From: Bdellovibrionales bacterium
GTDB lineage: Bacteria; Bdellovibrionota; Bdellovibrionia; Bdellovibrionales; JAKFYE01
NCBI GenBank assembly: GCA_965206675.1
Contig: CBDBKL010000008.1
Location: 103,208 to 167,207, forward strand
Length of the DNA stretch: 64,000 bases
Direction of reading: 5' to 3'
Numbering within the stretch: position 1 is the first letter of the stretch; each line of letters begins with the position of its first letter. This document shows, piece after piece, positions 1-8,657 of the stretch. Made by a program: the position numbers and the translations under genes. The notes under the pieces are model-generated. The model did not search any database. It was not told where the DNA came from and saw nothing but the letters and a program-made list of their open reading frames with translations.

Positions 1-12
1 GGGGGATATAAG

Positions 13-903
13 ATGCTTAGCGAAACTAACCAATTTACCTTCGAGGGGCTTCACCCTCCTCAATGCAAACCCTTTAAAAAGCAATTATTTAAATGGATTG
101 GCAATAAACAAAGGTTTGCTCATGAAATCATTAATCACTTTCCATTGAAATTTAATAGATATTTTGAACCCTTCTTAGGAAGTGGTGCCGTACTTGGCTC
201 CCTAGCCCCAAAAGAAGGTTACGCCTCTGATATTATAACACCCCTTATAGAAATATGGACCAACATTATAAAAAATCGAAATGAAGTTAAAAAATGGTAT
301 CGTGAACGTTATGAATTAATGAAAGAAATAGGAAAAGAAAAAGCATATTACTATATTCGAGAAAAATACAATAAGAAAGCAAACCCTCAAGATTTTCTTT
401 ATCTCTCTAGAACATGTTATGGAGGAGTCATTCGCTTTAGAAAAAAAGATGGATACATGAGTACACCCTGTGGTGTCCATAACCCCATTCAACCTCAAGC
501 TTTTGATGATAGAGTGGAGATTTGGGCAAGAAGAATCAAAAATTGCAAATTTTTTAACAAAGATTTTGAATTTTTATTTAATATGGCTCGAGAAGGTGAT
601 GTTATCTATTGCGACCCTCCCTATGTTACAAGTCAACAAATCGTTTATGGTGCTCAATCCTTTTTGTTAGAGCGTTTAATGACCTGTATTGAAAAAGCTA
701 AATCCAAAGGTGTATATATCCTCCTCTCTATTGATGGATCTAAAAAAAATGGAAAAGTCTTATGTGATATTCATTACCCTGATCACCTTTTTGAAAGAGA
801 AGTCTCTGTTAATTGTGGACGGAGTATGCTTCGAAGATTTCAAAAAGAAGGCGAAACTCTGGAAGATGAAGTTGTCTCAGACAGACTTCTCCTGACATAT
901 TAA
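13..903 (+). CDS. Dam-family (alpha-class) N6-adenine DNA methyltransferase
   Basis: 296-aa ORF. SAM motif I FEPFLGSGAV is followed roughly 140 aa later by catalytic motif IV DPPY (VIYCDPPYV), the I-then-IV order of Dam/D12 enzymes. A purine run GGGGGA lies 6 nt upstream of the ATG. Confidence 0.8.
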   Translation: MLSETNQFTFEGLHPPQCKPFKKQLFKWIGNKQRFAHEIINHFPLKFNRYFEPFLGSGAVLGSLAPKEGYASDIITPLIEIWTNIIKNRNEVKKWYRERYELMKEIGKEKAYYYIREKYNKKANPQDFLYLSRTCYGGVIRFRKKDGYMSTPCGVHNPIQPQAFDDRVEIWARRIKNCKFFNKDFEFLFNMAREGDVIYCDPPYVTSQQIVYGAQSFLLERLMTCIEKAKSKGVYILLSIDGSKKNGKVLCDIHYPDHLFEREVSVNCGRSMLRRFQKEGETLEDEVVSDRLLLTY

Positions 904-992
904 AAGCCCTAACCTACCTAATTTAATCAATTTCAAAAAATGAAAGAAATCTTTATCTGGATAACTCTTTGTAAGATAAACCAACCTGTAAT

Positions 993-1736
993 TTAATATA
1001 GACAACCCTTTGTTTCCTCTTCAATCTCATACGAAAACCGCAAACTTTCTGTCTTTGGCTCTAATTCAATATCAACTCCCGCTTCAAAAAGAAGTTCTTT
1101 TATTCGTCTGCGTCCGGCTTTAAATACGAAGCTGTCCACTACCAACTCTGTCATCCGCCTTGCGTCTTCTTTTGTCAGCCTTTTTACTTCTTTTCCTGTC
1201 ATCTTTTCCACTACTGTTCTGACAATACCTTTTCTACGACGGGCAGAGCGATTAAAAAGAGGTGCCACTCTCTTTTGCATCCTTTTGCGTACATCTTCTA
1301 ATTGCTCTTTAAAATCATTTAATCCCGCTGCCCTTTCTTCTTGAAGAACAAAATCTATCAATCGTTGCATTTCATCATTCCGTAAAGTCCCTAATCTTCC
1401 TCCAAAATCAACCACATCAACAACCCCCTCTTGAGAGAGAAAGTCCGCTATTCGCCCTTCCCCTTCTTTCACTACAGTACTTAACTCATTATCATTAAAA
1501 AGAGATCTTTCTTTACTTACAAAATCTATCAATCGCTCTCCATTTTCTCTACGTAAATCTTCTAGCCTCTTTTCAAAATCATTTACATTAACAACGCCTT
1601 CCTGAGAAAGAAATTCTCTTATTCGTTCCTCCCCCAACTCATATTCAGCTACCAATCTCTCATGAAAATCATCAGCATGAAGTTGATAAGAAAAACCCCA
1701 TACGAATAAGATCAAAACATATTTTGTTAATGCCAT
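993..1736 (-). CDS. secreted internal-repeat protein, unknown function
   Basis: The ORF is open to 1868, but the Met at 1736 opens a typical Sec signal peptide (MALTKYVLILFVWGFSYQLHA). Two internal repeats are visible (RIREFLSQEGVVNVNDFEKRLEDLRRENGERLIDFV / RIADFLSQEGVVDVVDFGGRLGTLRNDEMQRLIDFV). The protein ends ...KGCLY. Confidence 0.55.
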   Translation of the reverse strand: MALTKYVLILFVWGFSYQLHADDFHERLVAEYELGEERIREFLSQEGVVNVNDFEKRLEDLRRENGERLIDFVSKERSLFNDNELSTVVKEGEGRIADFLSQEGVVDVVDFGGRLGTLRNDEMQRLIDFVLQEERAAGLNDFKEQLEDVRKRMQKRVAPLFNRSARRRKGIVRTVVEKMTGKEVKRLTKEDARRMTELVVDSFVFKAGRRRIKELLFEAGVDIELEPKTESLRFSYEIEEETKGCLY

Positions 1737-1988
1737 AAAATCCTCTACAATCTTTATAAAAGTAGTTTCCAAAATAAAGGATTGGTTTATTTTCTGTAAG
1801 ATTTGTAGCCAGTTTAATGTCAATAAACCAACTGACATCCAATCTATCACCCCCTTTTGAGGTTTCAATCAAAAATTATGACACACAACGACCCCTATAA
1901 ACTTCCAAAAGCACTCTGGCTAAGTGTATTGACAATAGAACTAACTAGACAGCATCCTGAGAATTGAAAGACAAAAAGGAGACCTCCT

Positions 1989-3581
1989 ATGAAAATACTG
2001 ATTTTACTTTTTGTAGGTTGTTTAGATGTTATTGCTCAACCTCATGTGGGTGGCACAATATATTACAGACTACCGAATGCACCTAGCACGCTTCACCCCA
2101 CACGCTCCACAGATGCTTACGCCTCTCAAATTCACTCTTACACATTTGATGGTCTTTTAACTGTCAATATCGACACATATAAATTTGAACCTGGACTCGC
2201 TAAAGAATGGACAGTCTCTAAAGATGGCCAAGAGTTCACATTTACTTTGAGAGAAGATGCCAAATGGCATGACGGAAAACCCGTAACAGCAGAGGATGTC
2301 AAATTCAGTTTTGATATCATCTTTGATCCTAAACAAAAATCTCTCCACTTAAGATCTTATTTTGACAACATTGAAAGTGCACAGGTTTTAGGAAAAAACA
2401 AAATTAAATTCACAGCTAAAAAAAAGTATTTCAAAAACTTAGATATCTTAGGCAGCGGAGGCTTTCTCTCCATTATTCCTAAACATATTTACAATACAAA
2501 AAAGAAAATGAATAAAGACATAGTAGGCAGTGGCCCCTATAAACTCGCAAAGTATAAAAAAGGCCGACAAATAGAACTCACCAGAAATAAAAACTGGTGG
2601 GGCTTTAAAGAAAAACATCTTCAAGGGCAGTATAACTTTGAAAAAATCATTATGAGAATAGTCAAAGATGATAATGTCTCTTTAGAATATTTAAAAAAGG
2701 GACGGATCGACTTTCAAGCTCTATCTTCAGAAGATTATCACAAAAAAACTAAGGGAAAAATCTGGAAAACTGAAGTCATAAAAAATAGAGTTAAAAACCT
2801 CTCTCCAAAAGGCTATGGTTTTATTGGATGGAATTTTAGAAGAAAGGTTTTTCAGGACAAAAAGGTACGAATTGCTCTTTCACACCTGATGAATCGCAAA
2901 TTAATGAATAAAAAATTCCGATTTGGAGAATCTCTTTTAGCGACAGGCCCATGGCATCAAAAAAGTGAATATGCCGATAGCAGTATAAAGGCTATTACCT
3001 ATAACCCTGAAAAAGCCTTGAAACTGTTAAAACAAACAGGTTGGGATGATAAAGATAAGGACGGTATTCTTGAAAAAAACATACAGGGCAAGAAACAAAA
3101 TTTTGATATCACTATTTTATGCCCCAGCAAAGAATCTTTAAAATACCTCACAATGTTTAAAGAAGACGCTAAAAAAGTGGGTGTAAAAATTAATGTTAAA
3201 AGCGTTGAGTGGAACACCTTCTTAAAATTGATAGACGACGGAAAGTTTGATGGTGCTATGTTGGCTTGGGGTGGAGGTTCTATTAATCTAGATCCAAAAC
3301 AAATTTGGCACTCTGATGGAGCACGCCCCGGAGGATCTAACTTTATACACTATAAAAATCCTGAAGTAGATAAACTGATTATAAAAGCACAAGAAACTTT
3401 GGATAAAAAGAAAGGGATTAAAATTTTGCGAAAAGTTTATCGCATTATAGCTAAAGATGCTCCTTATTTATTTTTATTTAACGATGAATACAGTTTTTAT
3501 GCTCACAGAAGCAGGATAAAAAAGGAGAAAGACACCTATAAGTTTGGAATTGGTTCTGACTATTGGTGGCTACAAAAATAA
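1989..3581 (+). CDS. ABC transporter substrate-binding protein, family 5 (peptide/nickel, YejA/OppA-like)
   Basis: 530 aa with a signal peptide (MKILILLFVGCLDVIA). Size and composition fit family-5 binding proteins. AGGAG lies 7 nt upstream of the ATG, and two cognate permease genes follow. Confidence 0.75.
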   Translation: MKILILLFVGCLDVIAQPHVGGTIYYRLPNAPSTLHPTRSTDAYASQIHSYTFDGLLTVNIDTYKFEPGLAKEWTVSKDGQEFTFTLREDAKWHDGKPVTAEDVKFSFDIIFDPKQKSLHLRSYFDNIESAQVLGKNKIKFTAKKKYFKNLDILGSGGFLSIIPKHIYNTKKKMNKDIVGSGPYKLAKYKKGRQIELTRNKNWWGFKEKHLQGQYNFEKIIMRIVKDDNVSLEYLKKGRIDFQALSSEDYHKKTKGKIWKTEVIKNRVKNLSPKGYGFIGWNFRRKVFQDKKVRIALSHLMNRKLMNKKFRFGESLLATGPWHQKSEYADSSIKAITYNPEKALKLLKQTGWDDKDKDGILEKNIQGKKQNFDITILCPSKESLKYLTMFKEDAKKVGVKINVKSVEWNTFLKLIDDGKFDGAMLAWGGGSINLDPKQIWHSDGARPGGSNFIHYKNPEVDKLIIKAQETLDKKKGIKILRKVYRIIAKDAPYLFLFNDEYSFYAHRSRIKKEKDTYKFGIGSDYWWLQK

Positions 3582-3587
3582 CTTGTA

Positions 3588-4610
3588 ATGAATCATATAC
3601 AGTACTTCTTAAGGCGGCTTCTTTTAATCATTCCAACCCTCTTTGGAGTGACACTCATTAGTTTTTTTATAATGAATATGTGTCCCGGAGGGCCCATTGA
3701 GCAAAAGCTCCGACAAATGCGGTTTGGCCAAACATCTATCAGTGGAGGAATCGAACAACAAGAGATCTCCGAAGAAATGCTACAAGAATTAAAAAAACAA
3801 TATGGTTTTGATAAACCCCTTCATGAACAATACTGGCTCTGGTTAAAAAACCTTTCTGTCTTAGACTTTGGAGAATCTTTTACTTACGAAGAACCTGTTA
3901 TTGATGTGATAGTCAGTAAATTTCCCGTCTCTCTACAGTTTGGCATTGTGAGTTTTATTTTATCTTATTTAGTCTGTATCCCCCTTGGAATATTGAAAGC
4001 TCTCAAACAGGGGTCAACTTTTGACCTGAGTTCCAGTTTTTTACTGTTTATCATGTACTCTATCCCAGGGCTTATGTTGGGAATACTGGAAATCACATAC
4101 CTGGCTGGAGAAAGTGGACTGGGTCTTTTTCCCATTGGGGGATTGTACTCTGACAACTATGAAAATCTGAGCTTTATGGGAAAAGTTTGGGACCGTGTGT
4201 TTCATTTTATTCTACCCTTGAGTTGTTTCATGATTGGATCTTTTACGACATTAACTTTGTTAATGAAAAACTCACTCATAGAAGAAATTAAAAAAGATTA
4301 CATCCGTACAGCAAGGGCTAAGGGCTTAAGCGAAAAGGCTATATATTTAAAACACGCTTTAAGAAATGCTCTTATTCCTATTGCAACAGGTATTGGAAGT
4401 TTTATTTCCTTATTTTTTACAGGCTCTATTATCATTGAATCTATTTTTGAATTAGATGGCATGGGGCTGTTGAGTTTTAATTCTATTTTGGAAAGAGACT
4501 ATAATGTTTCAATGGGTCTTTTGTTTATAACAAGCCTTCTTATGATGTTGGGAAATATGATCAGTGATGTGGCTTACATTCTTATAGATCCAAGGATAGA
4601 TTTCAAATGA
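3588..4610 (+). CDS. yejB: ABC transporter permease, YejB/OppB-like
   Basis: 340 aa, multi-TM. It has a long periplasmic insert after TM1 (PGGPIEQKLRQMRFGQ...) and the conserved permease loop YIRTARAKGLSEKAIYLKHALRNALIP. Confidence 0.75.
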   Translation: MNHIQYFLRRLLLIIPTLFGVTLISFFIMNMCPGGPIEQKLRQMRFGQTSISGGIEQQEISEEMLQELKKQYGFDKPLHEQYWLWLKNLSVLDFGESFTYEEPVIDVIVSKFPVSLQFGIVSFILSYLVCIPLGILKALKQGSTFDLSSSFLLFIMYSIPGLMLGILEITYLAGESGLGLFPIGGLYSDNYENLSFMGKVWDRVFHFILPLSCFMIGSFTTLTLLMKNSLIEEIKKDYIRTARAKGLSEKAIYLKHALRNALIPIATGIGSFISLFFTGSIIIESIFELDGMGLLSFNSILERDYNVSMGLLFITSLLMMLGNMISDVAYILIDPRIDFK

Positions 4611-5620
4611 TTGAAAAATGGATGTCTTCTGAATTAACAATTAAACGCTGGAGACGATTTAAAAAAAACAAGTTTGCCGTTTATGCCTCCTTGCTTTTAA
4701 TTTTTATAACTACCATTAGCGTCACGGCAGAAATGTGGTCACATTCAAAGCCTATTGTCTTTAGTCATGATTCAAAAATTTATTTTCCTTTAATTAAGGA
4801 TTATCACCCCTCTGAGTTTGGATACGATGACATACTGGTTATGGACTACAGGCGTTTAGAAAATGATTTGGATTGGATTATATGGCCCTTGAATCAGTGG
4901 GACGCTTTTGAATCAAACAAAAGTGTAGATGAATACCCCAGTCCACCGACAAAAGAGAATGTTATGGGCACAGATGATCGGGGGAGAGATATTTTTGCAA
5001 GGCTACTGTATGGTTACCGCTACAGTATGGGTTACGCCCTTCTTGTCTGGTTGTTGTCTTTTATTGTGGGAATTATTTTGGGGGGGGTGATGGGTTATAT
5101 TGGCGGCAAGTTAGATCTTGTGGGTCAGCGTACAGTTGAAGTTTTTAGTGCTCTTCCGCAGTTTTATATTTTATTAATTATGATTTCTATTATTCAGCCG
5201 AACATTTGGTGGTTGATATTAATTTCAACTGTTTTTGGTTGGATAGGAATTAGTTATTATATTCGAGCAGAATTTTTAAAGCTGCGAAAGAAAGAATTTG
5301 TAGAGGCAGGTCGAGCATTGGGGGCACCTCATCGGCGTTTGATATTCAAACATATTCTTCCCAATGCTCTTGGGCCTATTATTACTTTTTCTCCCTTTGT
5401 GATTGCTGGAAATATAGCGGCTTTAGCTAGTCTAGATTATCTGGGCTTTGGACTAGTTCCTCCAACGCCCAGTTGGGGTGAGCTTTTAGCACAGGCCAAG
5501 CAGAATTTTGAAATTGCATGGTGGTTAGCTCTTTACCCTTCCTTAGCTCTCTTTTTAACACTGATTCTTTTTGCCATTGTGGGTGAAGGCGTACGAGACG
5601 CCTTTGACCCTAGAAAATAA
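4607..5620 (+). CDS. yejE: ABC transporter permease, YejE/OppC-like
   Basis: 337 aa. Its ATG overlaps the upstream stop (ATGA at 4607..4610). It carries the conserved loop FVEAGRALGAPHRRLIFKHILPNALGPI. Confidence 0.7.
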   Translation: MIEKWMSSELTIKRWRRFKKNKFAVYASLLLIFITTISVTAEMWSHSKPIVFSHDSKIYFPLIKDYHPSEFGYDDILVMDYRRLENDLDWIIWPLNQWDAFESNKSVDEYPSPPTKENVMGTDDRGRDIFARLLYGYRYSMGYALLVWLLSFIVGIILGGVMGYIGGKLDLVGQRTVEVFSALPQFYILLIMISIIQPNIWWLILISTVFGWIGISYYIRAEFLKLRKKEFVEAGRALGAPHRRLIFKHILPNALGPIITFSPFVIAGNIAALASLDYLGFGLVPPTPSWGELLAQAKQNFEIAWWLALYPSLALFLTLILFAIVGEGVRDAFDPRK

Positions 5621-5673
5621 CAATCCCTCAAATTTACTTTAAGATTCAGGACAAAAGTCTCGATAAAATATAT

Positions 5674-6990
5674 ATGCCTATTAGACACAATCACACCTAC
5701 ATACTGACTTTTTCAATAATTTTTCTTTTATTGAGTTGTAGCAAAGAAGACAAATCCGGTTCAACAAAGCAACCATCCACTCTACCGACAACGACGAGTA
5801 CCTCGACAACGCTCCTATCTACCACATCGTCAACAACGACAACGACTCTCTCGCCCATAACAACAAGTACGACTCTTTTACCTATAACAACGACAACAAC
5901 TCTGGTTCCTCCTACTACTACAACTACGACTCGCTCACGCACAACAACAACGACAACACTGACATCCTCTTGCTCAGTTCAAAAAGCATATCAAGCCGCT
6001 TCCGCTAATAATAACGATCATAAAAAATCAAGAGAGAACCATATATCGCAAAGTGCTAGTAGAGAGGTACCAAGGTGTGGGGGAGGTATTGTCCCTGATA
6101 TAACCCCCTCAGGTCCCCAATCTATAAAATCTTATTCCGCAAGTAACAAAGCCTCACCCCATCAAACTCACACCATTGATATTGCTTTTCTCATTTCACA
6201 AGACACTATAGACGACACAGGTTTACAGGAGATGCAGACATTTATTGAGGACGATGTTGTTCCATTAACAAATGCCATCTTTGAAAACTCTGGAGTCAAC
6301 GCTGAATTTAGAGTCGTAGCAGTCAAACCTTACACAGAGTATAAGCACCATTTGGCCTGTCCGTTAAATACTTTAGATGGGTTAAGCTCTGTAGATGGAT
6401 TAGAAGTTATTACTGAATTACTACCTCATGTACGAGAAGACCATGGAGCAGATCTTGTTTATGGGATTTTTGATTTTAAAGAATTTAATGTTTGTGGTGA
6501 AGCCTATATTAGATCAAGACAACTCACTAAGGCACAGGCGGCTAATAGGGTTGCTTCTGGTGTTATCAGCAATGGTTCCGGATGGTGCTATAGCAATGAC
6601 ATTTTTCCATGGGCCACCACTCTTGCTCACGAAATTGGACATAATTTAGGACTAAATCACGATAGAGAAACGCTAAACACACAAACAACCGAAACTTATT
6701 CTTTTAGATCATACGGATTAGGTTATAGAGGGAATACAGCAAGTAATAACACATACGGTACTGTTATGTCTTATTCACAATATGACGAACAACTCCCTGT
6801 TTTTAGTTCTGCAAAGACTGTTTCCAAATCAAACATTTGCACTTCTGAATTTTCCAATGCAGACAATGGATATTGTAAAGAGCACGTCAACTCATCTGAT
6901 GAAACGATTAAACTTGGAGCACGCAACGAAGCGAATGCTTCAGAGGCTTTACTTTATACCATTGAAGATGCATCTAACTATTCCCCATGA
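5674..6990 (+). CDS. metzincin (reprolysin/M12B-like) zinc metallopeptidase lipoprotein with a Thr-rich linker
   Basis: 438 aa. It has a lipobox LLSC after a hydrophobic leader, a Thr/Ser run of about 60 aa, and the zinc site HEIGHNLGLNHD (HExxHxxGxxHD). Confidence 0.65.
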   Translation: MPIRHNHTYILTFSIIFLLLSCSKEDKSGSTKQPSTLPTTTSTSTTLLSTTSSTTTTTLSPITTSTTLLPITTTTTLVPPTTTTTTRSRTTTTTTLTSSCSVQKAYQAASANNNDHKKSRENHISQSASREVPRCGGGIVPDITPSGPQSIKSYSASNKASPHQTHTIDIAFLISQDTIDDTGLQEMQTFIEDDVVPLTNAIFENSGVNAEFRVVAVKPYTEYKHHLACPLNTLDGLSSVDGLEVITELLPHVREDHGADLVYGIFDFKEFNVCGEAYIRSRQLTKAQAANRVASGVISNGSGWCYSNDIFPWATTLAHEIGHNLGLNHDRETLNTQTTETYSFRSYGLGYRGNTASNNTYGTVMSYSQYDEQLPVFSSAKTVSKSNICTSEFSNADNGYCKEHVNSSDETIKLGARNEANASEALLYTIEDASNYSP

Positions 6991-7035
6991 AAACACTTGC
7001 TAGTAACTGTCGGGGGGGCTAGGCTTATTGTAATA

Positions 7036-7557
7036 TTATGGAAAACAAGGAAGTGATGATGTTTGTTTACTCTGCACAGGTGGATCGCTTAGGAAATTGA
7101 CAACATTCTTAAAATCCCATCTCTTTGCTAAATCCAAAGCCATGTTCCCTTGTGCATCTCTAACTTCAAGATCTACACCCGCATCAATAAGAACCCTTGA
7201 AGCATTGAGATTATTCCCTAAAGCTGCTGAATGCAGAGCTGTAAACCCATACACAGTTTGAACCTTTAAATCAGCACCTCTTTCAATAAGAAGTTTCAAA
7301 ACATCTACATTCCATTTATCCAACGTAGACTCATGCAAAGCCGCCCTTCCAAAACGATTTTGGGCATCTATATCAACTCCCTCTTTTAAAAGTTGCTCAA
7401 TTTTTGGAATATCACCATCCCACACAGCTCTAAATAAATCTTGCTCTTGATAACTCAAACCAGTAAGTGCTTGTCGATTCAAACCAGCACTTAAAGGTTG
7501 AGAAAAAATCAAAGCCACTAAAAACGCGAATGAAAATGAACTCCCCAACAATCTCAT
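7036..7557 (-). CDS. secreted ankyrin-repeat protein
   Basis: 173 aa with a signal peptide (MRLLGSSFSFAFLVALIFSQPLSA). It has 3-4 ANK units (G..ALH.A....N..V.KLLIERGADL). The protein ends ...SSLPCFP. Confidence 0.85.
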   Translation of the reverse strand: MRLLGSSFSFAFLVALIFSQPLSAGLNRQALTGLSYQEQDLFRAVWDGDIPKIEQLLKEGVDIDAQNRFGRAALHESTLDKWNVDVLKLLIERGADLKVQTVYGFTALHSAALGNNLNASRVLIDAGVDLEVRDAQGNMALDLAKRWDFKNVVNFLSDPPVQSKQTSSLPCFP

Positions 7558-7783
7558 AAGACTTCCAGTTTACCAAAATTCAAATTAAGTGACTAAATGG
7601 GTTCTAGATTTTTGTCGGAGATTTATACAATAAAAAAGACCAAAGTCCACACCTAAATGTTTCACCTTGCAAAATGAAATCAAGCCGCAATTTATCTATT
7701 CCATAAGCAAAAACCCCTCAACTCAAACCTAGCGCATTAAAACTTGAAGATTTTTTATTTTTGATATATATTGGTATATACTT

Positions 7784-8251
7784 ATGTTTATCGAAAAGAT
7801 CATCTCCCAATTTACAAAACACAACATCCCCTATGCTATTGTTGGAGGTCATGCAATGGCTCTCCATGGAATTCTAAGAGGAACTGTTGATGTCGATCTT
7901 ATTATTAAATGGTCACTTAAAAATCTGAAATCCGTAGAACTAGCATTAAGTGAAATTGGTTTAAAACCTCACCTTCCTATTAAGGCAGAAGATTTATTTA
8001 AATACAGAGAAGAATATATTAAAAATAGAAACCTCATTGCATGGAATTTTATTAACCCCCATAATCCCTCCGAGATAGTTGATATTATCATTACTTGGAA
8101 TTTGAAAAACAATATGATTACGCAGATACATTTAAAAAATAAAAAAATTAATATTTTGTCCAAAAAACATTTAATATCTATGAAAAAATCCAGCCCACGA
8201 GAACAAGATTTTATAGATGCTAAAGCCTTGGAGCAAATTGATGAAAACTAA
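7784..8251 (+). CDS. minimal nucleotidyltransferase-fold protein (possible toxin-antitoxin component)
   Basis: 155 aa. It has the NTase signature IVGGHAMALHGILRGTVDVDLII (GG...DxD) and a C-terminal SPREQDFIDAKALE resembling the K.sgR.kD..D...L tail of small NTase families. Confidence 0.5.
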   Translation: MFIEKIISQFTKHNIPYAIVGGHAMALHGILRGTVDVDLIIKWSLKNLKSVELALSEIGLKPHLPIKAEDLFKYREEYIKNRNLIAWNFINPHNPSEIVDIIITWNLKNNMITQIHLKNKKINILSKKHLISMKKSSPREQDFIDAKALEQIDEN

Positions 8252-8507
8252 AGGCATTCAATTATTTTCCACCGACTATTTAAAAAAATGTAAACAAATG
8301 TCTGTTTATGAAAGATTGAAGTTTCTAGATGATTTTCGCCAGCTCCATACAATGACTACCCCATCAAAAAAATCTAAATTAATTAGCATAAAAGTTCCAG
8401 AAGACTTACTCTCTACGTTTCGTCAATGTGCCAAGTTGGAAGGAATACCCTATCAAACTAAAATTAAACTTTTAATGAAAGAATGGATAACCAATAAGGT
8501 TAAATAG
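8241..8507 (+). CDS. ribbon-helix-helix (CopG/BrnA-like) antitoxin-type protein
   Basis: The ATG at 8241 overlaps the upstream stop by 11 nt. The C-terminal segment KLISIKVPEDLLSTFRQCAKLEGIPYQTKIKLLMKEWI fits the RHH beta-strand plus two helices pattern. The ORF track starts it at 8217. Confidence 0.5.
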   Translation: MKTKGIQLFSTDYLKKCKQMSVYERLKFLDDFRQLHTMTTPSKKSKLISIKVPEDLLSTFRQCAKLEGIPYQTKIKLLMKEWITNKVK

Positions 8508-8657
8508 TACTGAACACCACTAACAGTATAATGTGTTATCCGGATTAAATGTCCGAATACCGACCACTTATTTCCTGAAAGTTCCTTATTTTGGTTTTCA
8601 GTAGGGCACTGACCTTGCTCTTATCCCCTCCTTTATCAACATAAGGAGATAGTGAAA

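Noticed and set aside
5697-5942. 81-aa antisense ORF rich in Val (…VVVVVVGGTRVVVVV…).
   Set aside because: It is the mirror image of the ACN-rich poly-Thr coding repeat of the metzincin gene. It has no independent signal.
7036-7065. Interpreting the LPCFP / KPCF / LPCFAP / GPCY / GCLY tails as eukaryote-type CaaX prenylation boxes, as in Legionella effectors.
   Set aside because: Only one of the five has exactly three residues after Cys (CFAP), and its X residue (Pro) is atypical. The others have one or two residues after Cys. The tail is kept as an undefined motif instead.
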